DNA of 62,279 nt, filler included, from Dimargaris cristalligena (Eukaryota), in assembly GCA_003614675.1 (NCBI GenBank). It is 7 parts of 7 records of this genome, joined end to end, with 100 filler letters (N's around TTAATTAATTAA, not from the genome) between each part and the next. Parts side by side here need not be neighbours in the genome. Positions count along the whole stretch, not along the records: positions 17,960 to 26,674 come from ML003303.1; positions 26,775 to 35,582 come from ML003304.1; 5 more parts are not named here. The stretch is one strand, 5' to 3'. Both the position numbers and the translations under genes were made by a program. The notes below the pieces were generated by a model. That model had not been told where the DNA came from and made no database searches. It saw only the letters and a list, made by a program, of their open reading frames with translations. Positions 22,401 through 33,655 of the stretch are shown piece by piece; position 1 is the first letter of the stretch, and the number at the start of each line of letters is the position of its first letter.

Positions 22401-25220
22401 GATTTCGCGGAGGGAGAGCAAAATCTTTTCGGAATAATGGGGGGTCAGCACAGTGAAGGTGGGCATGTTCTCAACGGGGATGGGTTCGGGCATGACGGTG
22501 GCCAGACTCTGGGCAAAGAAGGCAATACGGCGCTCAGCTTCGCTGTTGGGCGGGTAGAACTCGGTGTCGATGGACGTGTCCTCCTGGGATACGAAGAAAT
22601 GGGGCTGCTTGAGCACCCGCTTACCGTCCTCCTCGCTGGGAACCTGCTGGTAAAGGAGCTTCTGAACGTGATCAACCGAGAGAAGATGTTCGCGGTACAT
22701 AGAAATAACCACGGCATTCCAGATTTGGGAGCAGAGAACCTTGGGCTTGTATTTGATCTCCATGTCGGCGGTGGCCAGCATCTTGGCGTAGACACGCTTG
22801 GGCAGCCGAGAGAAAATGTTACGCCACGGAGACCAGATGGAAATACCCAGCTGGAAGGAGTACAGAACGGAGAAAACGGTGTTCCAAATGACGTACCACA
22901 GGTAGGTATCCAAGAAGAACAGCACCAAATCCAGGAACAACATGAGACCCAGGGTAATGATACCATGCCGGGAACAAAGCTCCTTGCCGAAGAAGGGGGT
23001 AGAACAGTTACTGATTTCCACGTTATAGGTAGACTTGAACACATCCTTGAAGGATAAAGCCAAGAAGAGGTAGGATTCGATGAACTTGCACAGGAAGATA
23101 CAGAACCAAAGACCAATGGACAAGGCGCGATCGTAGCCGACTAGGGGAGGGAAATTGCAGGTAAAGGAAGGGTTGGCCAGGTGGCTGCTGTCCCGATTCT
23201 TGGTACTAGGTCTAAAGATTGCGCTGGTGGGAATGATGGACAGGAAGATGGTGACGAGAAGAGAAAACACAAATTGGACGATGCCAATGATCTTGGCGAC
23301 ATTGAACATGGCCGACTTCTCATCGGTGGATACCGTGTACACGAAAGGGGTAGGGCCAACACAAATAGCGAAAAGCAGGAGCAGGAGGGCGATACGGCGG
23401 AGAAGAGTCTTACACGACTTCCAAGCCCAGGGGACAAAGAACAATTCGCCAATGCAGCCGAAAAGAGCAAAGAGGGCGGCAATACCACCACCACAGGCCA
23501 TGAGGGAGAGCTGCTTGCCGGTAATGTCAGGTTGCACTTCGTCGGCGTTGTCGGGGTCGGTCAAGTCGATGGCCCCGTAAATAAAATCGGCATTGTACAT
23601 CATATAGTAATAGTACACAGATACGTGAACGATCCATATCCGCGCAAAATTGGTAACAAGGTGAACAAAAGTACGGCGCTCCTTGTAAGTCTTGTAGAAA
23701 GTCTTGTTCCAAACAACATCCTTGAGAAGATACCAGCGCTCATGGGTGGGGTGGTCCATGAGTAGGGACTTATCCTCCAGAACAATGCGACGCAGACCGT
23801 CGGGGCTCCAGAACAATTCGTTAACGTCGTCGTAACCGATGGTCTGGGCGTGATCGCGCTCGCGCTTGAGGTAACGGCCATTGTGGTTTTCATAAGCTGA
23901 GTCACGAATGAAGATATACAGAGGAGTACAAATGTTGCGCAGGTATTCTCCCTCGGGGGCGGCTTCGGTCCGGTTCTGGCACTCGGGAGACTGAAGGTAA
24001 TCCCAGGCGCATTTGAACAGGAAGCACATGCACTCTGCAGTGTACCGGATAACACAGGCCTCGCCCCAAATGAGCAGAAATAGAGCCAGTTGACGCACGC
24101 GGTCGTACTGGGACATTTGGTGCATCTGATTGCGCCAGTTCTCCTCAAAGCCACGCAGGGTATCCTGGCCTTCCAGGTCATAGTTGGGCTCTTCGGGTTC
24201 CTCAGGGTTTTCGCCCTTCTTCGGCTTCTTGGCCTTGGTGCGCACGGTAGGGGTGTGGCGATCCAGCTGGGCCGAGAAGTACCAACGCCGGTAGTTGGCG
24301 TTGTCGCCGCCCAGGTAGTCGGCGTGGAGAGTGAGAAGAGCCTGGCCGGGACTCATACGGGAGGCCCGGGAGTCCAACTGGGTCAGTAGGGCATCGCACT
24401 GGTTGCGCATACTGTCCTGCTGAAAACCGAACTTGAAGGCCAGATCCTTGAAGATATCCTCAATTTCGTCTTTGGAGAGGGGAACCTGGTTAGGGTCACT
24501 CCAGGACGGATAGGGGTGGTCGATGGGTTCAAACCGATCGGGATTGGAAAAGTCGAAGTAGGGGGCAGCGCCCGAGGCGGATACCCAGGAGCTGGTCCGG
24601 GAGAAGGATGACATGGAGCCAGTGGGCCGGAAGGACTTCTTGTTCTCAAGTAGGGCAATAAGGGATTCGGCTGAAGGAGCGTAGGAGGCGTACCGGCCGT
24701 CGTCAATCCGGGCCTGGCGCATAAGATCGACATCTTGGTTGGGCCCCATCACGGAGTTAGGGGTGCGCACCATGGAGGACCGCACAGAGAAGGCCCCGTC
24801 GCTCAGTGAGTCGGACTCGGACTCGCCGCCGCGAGGCTTTTGTGAGACGCCCTTGCCCGACTTGGGATTGTGGTGGCTGCGGACAACGTGTCCCTCGGGG
24901 ACGGGGAGGTGGGAGGGATCCATGGGGTTGTGGCTATCGTATTGCTGGGGGTGACCGGCACCGTCGCCGGGCAGAAAGTTGCCATCACCAATGTATTCGT
25001 TGTCCGTGTAAGTGGAGTTGCGGGCGTAATATGACACATCGAAAGACTCGGGACGATGCTGTGCGTAATCGTCGTAGTTATCGTACATGTCGTAGTAGCC
25101 GGGCTCACCAGGCTCACCGTTGCCGTGGTAGCCCGAAGGCTGCCCACCGGGTGGGGGTTGGGGAGCACCGTTATTGGGGGCGTCGCCTGGATAGGCGTGG
25201 TCTTGCCGACCGTTGCTCAT
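19476..25220 (-). CDS. FKS1: 1,3-beta-D-glucan synthase catalytic subunit (GT48), intronless, 1914 aa
   Basis: FKS hallmark motifs [45 protein letters not shown] and QCGKGRDLG, plus many TM helices. Confidence 0.98.
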   Translation of the reverse strand: [1914 protein letters not shown]

Positions 25221-26774
25221 GTTCTATGGTTGGGGTCTTTTGCAACAATGACAAGGGTGGAGGTAATATATAGTAGGGAGGGGGGTGACAGAGTAACAGT
25301 AGCAAGTCGACAGGTTAGAAGATATACTGAGGAACGTAAGGGTAAATATAAGGGTTGGAGGGTCGTGAACCAAAAGTAAGGAGCAACTGGAAATGGAGAA
25401 TCAAACGTAGGTCGTTAAAGGGTCCGGTGTAACAAGGGAAGGGAAGAGGGGGTCGATGTCGTTAAGATATCCATAAGGGAGTACAGTCCAATGCCGTAAC
25501 CAAAGTGCGAAACAGTACCCGAGGGACCCGATTTAACGGAGGTACACAAAGGAGATGACGGTTCAATCGTCAGGAGAGAAAGTGGGAAAAGGAGATGCAA
25601 TAGGGGGGAGGGGTAGTTTTGGATAGCCAAGGGTAGAAGCGGAACCCGAAAGGAGAGAGTGGGACCGATAGGGGAAGACACCGACGACCAGCGGGGTTTC
25701 GCAAGTTGGTTAGGGGAATAGGATATATAAAAAAAAAACGTGAAGAGAAACCCAGAGATAGCAAATAAAGGTGTAAAGAGAAGGGGCACACCGTAAAGCA
25801 AGGGGAGTAATTATAGGACCATACCAACATGGAAAGAAGGTAAGACCAGCGTAGCGTAGAAGAAGGGGGGAAGGGCGACGGGCCGGAGTCGGTGGATTAT
25901 TTATTGAGGTTTCAGAAGAGTAATTCAGTAACCCGAAAGGGGGGAGCGAGTGAGTTGGATGGCGAAACCCAAGGACAGAGACCGATGAGATGGTGATAAT
26001 GGGACAGAATAGTGTGTATGTGGGTGAGTGCATAAAAAGAATGTTGTTAGTATAGGAAGACAAGGGGGGGGAGAGGGTGAGGAAATTGAATGTCAGATCG
26101 AGATGCTATTGGCTTAAACCCCGGGCCAATCATCCCATTACCAATCCAATAAGCCTGGCCGTCTGGTTACTTAGGCCCCCCTATCGTCCATGCCGCTGGT
26201 CCTATCCAACCCCTCTCCCCTACCGCCACGGCCAGTGCTCTGGCCCAACCACTATGAAGTCAACAGCACCGGTCGATCATTCCATAACCACTCCCATCTC
26301 GGGATATCATGGAACATGAAAAGAACGACTGGCAACTGGGGAAAGAGGGTTGGCAGCATGACAGGGATGGAGTGGAAAGGAGAGAAACTAGAAAGAGGAT
26401 GGGCAAACGACTTGCAAAAGATGGACCCTCATCTTCTCCATATACATTTGTGCATATAGACATGTACACCCAATTGTATACAAACATACCATCAAGCATC
26501 TTCACTAGTAATATTATTAAAATGTTACTGGTGTATGATGGAGACGACCAGCTAGAAGGACGGAACAGGGTAGGGTAGGGTGGTCTTAGAGGGAAGGGTG
26601 CTGAAGATTGTGAAAAAGGGGAAGGAGTAGGGATAGGCATTGGTCTAAGTGACACCAACACTAACTGGAAGGGTNNNNNNNNNNNNNNNNNNNNNNNNNN
26701 NNNNNNNNNNNNNNNNNNTTAATTAATTAANNNNNNNNNNNNNNNNNNNNNNNNNNNNNNNNNNNNNNNNNNNN

Positions 26775-27514
26775 CTCCTAGTTCAGCCCGGATTTCGGAC
26801 GCATTTTCTACCCGACGTGGGATGGTGTTTACAATCGACCAGTGCTATCATTAGTCCTGACGACCACGGCCGACCAGTTGTAACGGGCGGCGGTGGTGTT
26901 AGTAGTAGTAGTAGTGGTGATTACTCGAGAGGTCCGACCAGCGCCACCACCAACCAGCAGCACCCTTCGGGTTCGGCGGCGGACCAGCCTAAGCACTTTA
27001 TCATATTTTTCGTGGATGGCATTCTGCTTTTGATTGATGTGCTCGAACGGACTGTCGAGTGGGTGGATCGTGTGGAATCAGTACCCCCGGCACCGACCAA
27101 CCAGACTCGCCAAAAGTAAGTGGATGGATATACACCACTTTCTTTCCCTCTCTTGACCTGGATTGAGCTTTGTTATGTGATACAGCCTAGTATTAGTGTG
27201 TTCGTTCACCCGTGTGGCCACCACCACCACACTTGGGTTACATGTACCACAGCATAGGTCTTTTGGGGGAGGTGCTATACTATAAGCTATCATCGGCCTG
27301 TTGTTTACATTGTGGAATACCGAGAGAGGGTGGATCATTTAGTTAACCGCGATATTCCTCTATTTTGCATTTTGTTGTACGCCTTGGTGAACGTTATACC
27401 TGTAACTATAGGTTTCCGATTGACCAGAGTTTGCCGGAACACGTCAAGGAACGCCTCGAGTATTTTCCCGTGTTTCAACAGGGCATGGGGCTCCCGAGTG
27501 CCCACTTGCTCTAA
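26775..27514 (+). CDS. 3' end of a gene with a PLK4-like C-terminal polo box (PB3); exons <26775-27115 and 27412-27514; 5'-truncated
   Basis: Spliced product ..RTHFLPDVGWCLQ..(low-complexity insert)..HFIIFFVDGILLLID..VEWVD..RQKFPIDQSLPEHVKERLEYFPVF..* parallels PLK4 PB3 (FVKNVGWATQ..VWVQFNDGSQLVV..RYGENEKLPDYIKQKL). GTAAGT donor and TAG acceptor keep the frame. Confidence 0.55.
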
Positions 27515-29717
27515 GCCAAACCTTCTCGATATTGCTTACCGGTTTAGCTCTGAACATTATGTCTGTGGGAGTAGGTGGGCGGATTCTATCATGGGTCATT
27601 ATTCCATACCCAGATTGAGTCCTCTTCGTCTTCGCATTCATTCTCTCGGTCGGAGTGTACTCCCCTATCCCATGTATTAAACCTTTGCTGTTACCTGTAC
27701 TATAGTCTCATCAACAATAAACTCTAGCATTCACCTACCAATCTCTCTCTCTCTCTAGACTATTAGATGAATGTTGATAGGAGAAGAAGGTAGAAAGGAG
27801 TGATGCCCTGGCACGGTGGACTGACTGGCTGGTGTGTGTGTGTGTGTGTGTGGTAAGTATACGTACTGTACACTGCAGTCGAGTTTACATCTCATACGTG
27901 TCAGTCATTGTCAGGTATTTCGCGTCCCGTTCACTCACCTAGTGGTACTAATAGTATACATACATTCATGAAATCAAAATTTTGCCCTTTCAGTGTGTCA
28001 CGGTGGTGAGTGGAGAATGACCATTACCAAATACCACTGATCAATATAATAAACTCTTTTTAAGAAATAAAAATGGAATGGCGAATGGTAAAGGGGGTGG
28101 CGGGTCACCCGAGAATAGCACAGTATATATGGATTATTAAATTTTTTTGGTTCGCCGGGGTTTTTTTCGGAGACCCGAGTCAGGTAAAATTTTGATCGAC
28201 GGTAGGCGGGTAGGGGTGATGATTATGATGAGCTCGGCCCGTTTAGCCCCACAGCACTGGGTAACCTCGCCTCCGCAGTTGCTAGCATCGGTTATTTTAC
28301 GAAGCCCAATTGGTCGGCTACATTAACTTACTCTTTAGAGACGTCGTAAATTAGGGGGAAGGAACCGGGTGCCGTATACCACGTTGTAGAGGAGGGAACT
28401 TATCATCCCCTGACGAACCGGGGTCGGGACTTGAATGGTAACCACAGCTGCTGGGGCCGGCTCAGTGCCGCCCATGGTAATAGGCAGGGTTAATATATGC
28501 AGGGTTCGCTTTTGGGTTTAAGGGGGAGATAAGACGAAGACTGCGGGTTTAGAATACGGAGAGAGTGTGTGTATGCGCCAAGTCCAGTTGAAGGGAATCG
28601 TCTCTGCGGAGAGATTCCCCGTTGGTTAGCCCTGTGGAATGGGCCACGGCCAACAACTGCCGACAGTAAGAGGAGATGCACGAAGAGGGTTCATTAAGTG
28701 TCAGTCCGAAAATGCCAAAGCCCACGCATGCACCTAGACGAGAATGAGCTGGGTGGTCCAAGCCCTTGCTCATTCTTTCTTGGGGAGACTCCCCCACCCT
28801 CTCTCCCCAGTAGTCACAACGTTCTTTACAGGGGTTCTTTCTCGCTCTCTCTCTCTCTCTCTCTCTCTAAACAGGGGTTGTTGTTGGGGGGTGTATGCGG
28901 TTAATTACGAAGGAATATCTCTCTCCCTACAAGGGATGGACGGGGGGAATAAAGAAAGGGAAGGCGGGGATCGATGGAGCAGCATCATAGCGACGCTGTC
29001 ATTCGGTGGTCGTCTAACTTTGTACTTCCGTGTCTCTCACGCCAATAGTGGGGTTAGCTTGGGCACCGCCGAAGAAGCGCCACACTATACTCTATAGCAC
29101 CATTTATTATTATTACTATTATTATTGTAATGCAATGTAGGGATTATGGGCCCCGTATAGACTCTAGGGCGCCACCAAGTAATACGGGCATTATTAGCCT
29201 TGGGTAGAAGAGACCCACCACTCTGCCCCATCAGGCGTACGGCATTTACGACGGGCGTATTGTATTGTTAGGGCCAATTACATTGAATTGGTTTAGGGCA
29301 GAGGAGAAGACACATACTAACTAGCATTACTATCGTCATTCGCCCAACAAAGCGATAGGGAGAGATGGAGATATCTAATGGAGAGAGCGAGAGGCCGCCC
29401 ATCCAACGGGGGAGGGAGCAGCAAAGAAGGAGACGGAAGATGTGTGCAACTACTATTACCAAGGCGGATCAGCGCGGCCATTTCCCAGCTGGGCCAATCA
29501 GCGACCCGTATAATCCGGGTGGTGGGAATCCAGAAAAAAAATTTTTAGGTGGCGAGCTGCCATTAGCCGTTTGCGGTGGGTGGATATGGATGGGTTTCTA
29601 CCATTCTTTCTTTTTTTTTTCCTCTCTCCGCCTATCGCAGCCTAGTGTAGTGTAGAACCTCCCCAATGGCCCAGCTTGAAAAAAAAACCAGGGCGGGTGG
29701 CATTGGCACTTCAGGGG

Positions 29718-29724
29718 TATAAAA
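29718..29724 (+). promoter_or_regulatory. TATA box of EF1-alpha promoter (5'UTR intron at 29836-30161)
   Basis: TATAAAA upstream of a pyrimidine-rich leader, a GTAAGT donor at 29836 and a CAG acceptor at 30161 just before the ATG. Confidence 0.6.
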
Positions 29725-30169
29725 ACAACCTGGTGCAACAGCTATTAGGCCTTACCCGCTCTTTCGAGTTTGTCTTTGTTTTCTTACGTCTCTTCTCGTA
29801 GCACATCCCTCCTATCCCCTCCCCTTTAACACAATGTAAGTGTCCTACCACTCTCTCTTACTATACGCTACTCTACTGGAGCACCAGGCGTAGCGAAGTC
29901 TACGATAGTTAGTTGATAGCGACCATCAGTAGAGTAGCATCGTGGTAGAGGAGTAGTCGTCGATTCCACACACCGGCTTAGGTGCCGCTCTCCATCCCAA
30001 TCGGCTCCACCCACAACAAATCCCGCTACCGATGATCATCACTTCGACCCATCCATCATCTATCCTTACATACCATATCCGCAAACCTCAGTCGACTAAT
30101 ACTCACTTCCTTACTCTTCACCTATCTATTTATCCATCCATCCATCCATCCTCCCCTCCAGCAACCAAC

Positions 30170-31546
30170 ATGGGTAAAGATAAGCAACACGTTAACGTCG
30201 TCGTCATCGGCCACGTCGATTCCGGCAAGTCCACCACCACCGGCCACTTGATCTACAAGTGCGGAGGTATCGACAAGCGTACCATCGAGAAGTTCGAAAA
30301 GGAAGCCGCCGAAATGGGTAAGGGTTCCTTCAAGTACGCCTGGGTGCTCGACAAGCTGAAGGCTGAGCGTGAACGTGGTATCACCATCGACATTGCTCTC
30401 TGGAAGTTCGAGACTCCCCGTTACCACGTCACTGTTATTGATGCTCCCGGTCACCGCGATTTCATCAAGAACATGATTACCGGTACCTCCCAGGCCGATT
30501 GTGCCATCCTCATCATTGCCTCCGGCCCTGGTGAATTCGAGGCTGGTATCTCCAAGGACGGTCAGACCCGTGAGCACGCCCTGCTCGCCTTCACCCTCGG
30601 TGTCAAGCAGCTCATCGTTGCCCTCAACAAGATGGACACCAACAACTGGTCCGAGGACCGCTACAAGGAAATCGTCAAGGAAGTTTCCGGCTTCATCAAG
30701 AAGGTCGGCTACAACCCCAAGTCCGTTCCCTTCGTCCCCATCTCCGGCTTCCACGGTGACAACATGATTGACGTCACCGCCAACGCCCCCTGGTACAAGG
30801 GTTGGGAGAAGGAGACCAAGGCCGGTCAGTCCAAGGGTAAGACCCTGCTGGAGGCCATCGATGCCATCGAGCCCCCCTCCCGTCCCACTGACAAGCCCCT
30901 GCGTCTGCCCCTCCAGGACGTCTACAAGATTGGCGGTATCGGTACGGTGCCCGTCGGTCGTGTCGAAACCGGTGTCATCAAGCCCGGTATGGTCGTCACT
31001 TTCGCTCCCTCCGGTGTCTCCACTGAAGTGAAGTCCGTCGAAATGCATCACGAACAGCTCGTCGAAGGTGTTCCCGGTGACAACGTCGGTTTCAACGTCA
31101 AGAACGTCTCCGTCAAGGAAATCCGTCGTGGCTACGTCTGCTCCGACTCCAAGAACGACCCCGCCAAGGAAGCCGGTTCCTTCAACGCCCAGGTCATCAT
31201 CCTCAACCACCCCGGTCAGATCTCTGCCGGCTACTCGCCAGTGTTGGATTGCCACACTGCCCATATTGCCTGCCGTTTCGATACCCTTCTGGAGAAGATT
31301 GATCGCCGTTCCGGTAAGTCCCTGGAAGACAACCCCAAGTTCGTCAAGTCCGGTGACGCCGCCATCATCAAGCTCATCCCCTCCAAGCCCATGTGCGTTG
31401 AGGCCTTCACCCAGTACGCCCCCCTCGGTCGCTTCGCCGTCCGTGATATGCGTCAGACCGTCGCCGTCGGTGTCATCAAGTCCGTCGAGAAGGTCGACAA
31501 GTCCGGCAAGACCACCAAGTCTGCTGTCAAAGCCGGCAAGAAATAA
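30170..31546 (+). CDS. TEF1: Translation elongation factor 1-alpha
   Basis: [33 protein letters not shown]...; full-length EF1A with strong codon bias. Confidence 0.99.
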   Translation: MGKDKQHVNVVVIGHVDSGKSTTTGHLIYKCGGIDKRTIEKFEKEAAEMGKGSFKYAWVLDKLKAERERGITIDIALWKFETPRYHVTVIDAPGHRDFIKNMITGTSQADCAILIIASGPGEFEAGISKDGQTREHALLAFTLGVKQLIVALNKMDTNNWSEDRYKEIVKEVSGFIKKVGYNPKSVPFVPISGFHGDNMIDVTANAPWYKGWEKETKAGQSKGKTLLEAIDAIEPPSRPTDKPLRLPLQDVYKIGGIGTVPVGRVETGVIKPGMVVTFAPSGVSTEVKSVEMHHEQLVEGVPGDNVGFNVKNVSVKEIRRGYVCSDSKNDPAKEAGSFNAQVIILNHPGQISAGYSPVLDCHTAHIACRFDTLLEKIDRRSGKSLEDNPKFVKSGDAAIIKLIPSKPMCVEAFTQYAPLGRFAVRDMRQTVAVGVIKSVEKVDKSGKTTKSAVKAGKK

Positions 31547-32267
31547 GCTCCCTTCCCCCCATTCCCTTAATTCTTCTTCCCCCTACTTGTTGTGTATCCT
31601 CCCCAGTCGGCTTCGTACTACTATGCCCTGGGGTTTGGCCGGTCCCTTCCTTCTTCCGTGTCCACGCTTCCACATTGGTTCTTTGTTTATCAGTACTGTT
31701 CTTTACTTGTACAAGGTTTTTCCACCAATACGAACACTATGAGGGCTATCTCCCTGTTCCCCAAATAGAGCGGGCATAGCGCAAAATTCATTGCAATAAA
31801 TCAATCCATACAAAATATATTCCTCACGTGATTTTAAATACTATTGGTATTAGCAGAGTATTTGTCTTCATTTTGTCTATATAATGATATATATATATAT
31901 ATTTACACGGCTGTACTATGTGTGCGCATTTGATTGACCTTCAATACACTAACTGAAGTAAACTGTCGAATAGTTGGAGACCCTGGCGGAATTCCACTAC
32001 CTTATTTTTCAGCATCCAATCATTTTCTCACTGACTATCTTTCTTCGCTTCAGTCTGTTATCCCGTGACTATTTCTTATAGTTCTTGGTGATTAACGTGA
32101 TTCTATATGATTTGATATTTATATCCTCTATAGGACCCTCGTTTCAGGAAGACATCTGCGCTTATACAACTAGCTTCATGGCTATACATGTTTATAAGCG
32201 AGGTAACAGCCCCCGTATTTAGTCATATTTTCTACTAGCGAATCTCGGATTCTACTAAAGAACAAGG

Positions 32268-32405
32268 TGGGAGAAGTTCATTCAGGCTGTATAATGAAAA
32301 CTCTATTGGATGAGGCCAATATTACTGGTGAAATGCTATTCTCACATATATTCACCCATACACGTATATTGTAAAACCTTATACAACTGGTTTGAATTCT
32401 ACCCA
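32268..32405 (+). mobile_element. MITE family A copy 2 (GG flanks on both sides)
   Basis: TGGGAGAAGTTCATTCAGGCTGTATAA...TTATACAACTGGTTTGAATTCTACCCA. Confidence 0.8.
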
Positions 32406-33655
32406 GGTTGTCCTGTTTCACTTGCCTGGTTGGTGTTTCGTGTAGGTCTAGCCTAGCCTAGCCCTGTATATGAGAGGCCTGTAAAGCGAAAAGTCATGAT
32501 ATAATTATTAGGTCGTAGTTTTGTGAGATGGTGCTACTTTTGCCATTTTTCCCCAACACGAGCACATTGCACAACCTATGCGGGTCAGCCATAATGTTCA
32601 AAGGATGTGGTTTTCTGGCGATATGGAGAGAGTGTCGCTCTAGGGCCATATTGGCCATAGGCTGGAAAGGCGGCCTCTACATTCTCAACAATAAGCCGGG
32701 CTCTAGGATCCGGAAAAATCTACCTGGAGGGGGGTTGGATATAGATTCGGCATGTTCTTTCTTCCATTAGGCCTGTATTATTATTGAGAATTGTAGCTTA
32801 GCGCGAGTGGGGTCTACTATTTCAAGATGGTAACAGTGTAACAGTAATTATGGGGCTTGGGGGAATGCGGTTTATAATAGGGTATCATATAAAACTCATT
32901 TTCCTTGTGCCTGTCTACATCATGGTCCACTATTCAACATGGTTAATCTAGACTATATCATCGAAACCGGTACAAAACCTGGCTAAGAATATCTTGCATT
33001 CTCCCTCAGTATATCCTTTTGGCCTACTTTCATATGAATATCAATGTCTAGCACCATGGTCACTTACATACCCAAAGGGTTTAAGGCGCCTTGGTCAGTA
33101 TATCTATCTATACCAGCCATATTCCAAGGGCTAGTCGCAATATCCGCGGTATTCTAGACAAGAATGATCTGCCTGTATCAACATGCAGGTATCACACTGA
33201 ATTGCCTTTAGTTTCTCCGTGAGCAATACCAAAGGGGTTTTGTTCGTAGCTATATAAACTCATTCAAACAATATCCTCAAGACAGCAGTCCATCTCCACA
33301 GAATACGAATTAATTCCGACTACTAAACGAGTAAATTTATTGACTACCCGTAAATAAATACTATAAAACTAGACAGTATACTGAATAAAAAATTGTAAAA
33401 GGCGATATCCTGATTCGGAATAGAACAAAGTTGCTAAAAGGCGGGGGGGGGATCAATGTCCGAATGATCGTGCCTCCGGGATAAGAGTAAGCGGCCAAGG
33501 GGAAAAAGCAACCAAGTGGCTTAACAAGTCCATTAGTCCGCACAGACCCACACTTCAGTAGCGGGCGGTGTGACCAATGTCATTGTAAAAATCTGCTAGC
33601 CGATGTTACGACTTGGGACATACAGGGTTCGAAGCGCAGGAATCTATAAAACTAA

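Noticed and set aside
20229-24733. Long antisense and alternate-frame ORFs over FKS (e.g. 22032-23057, 341 aa)
   Set aside because: Shadow ORFs caused by strong C/T-ending codon bias; no recognisable motifs.
30032-30169. N-terminal extension of the EF1-alpha ORF
   Set aside because: Lies within the 5'UTR intron; the true start is 30170. The extensions on eIF3i, SMYD and INTS2 are likewise upstream of the probable ATG.
30122-31264. 380-aa antisense ORF over EF1-alpha (similar shadow over eIF3i at 58872-59489)
   Set aside because: Typical antisense shadow of a highly biased gene.
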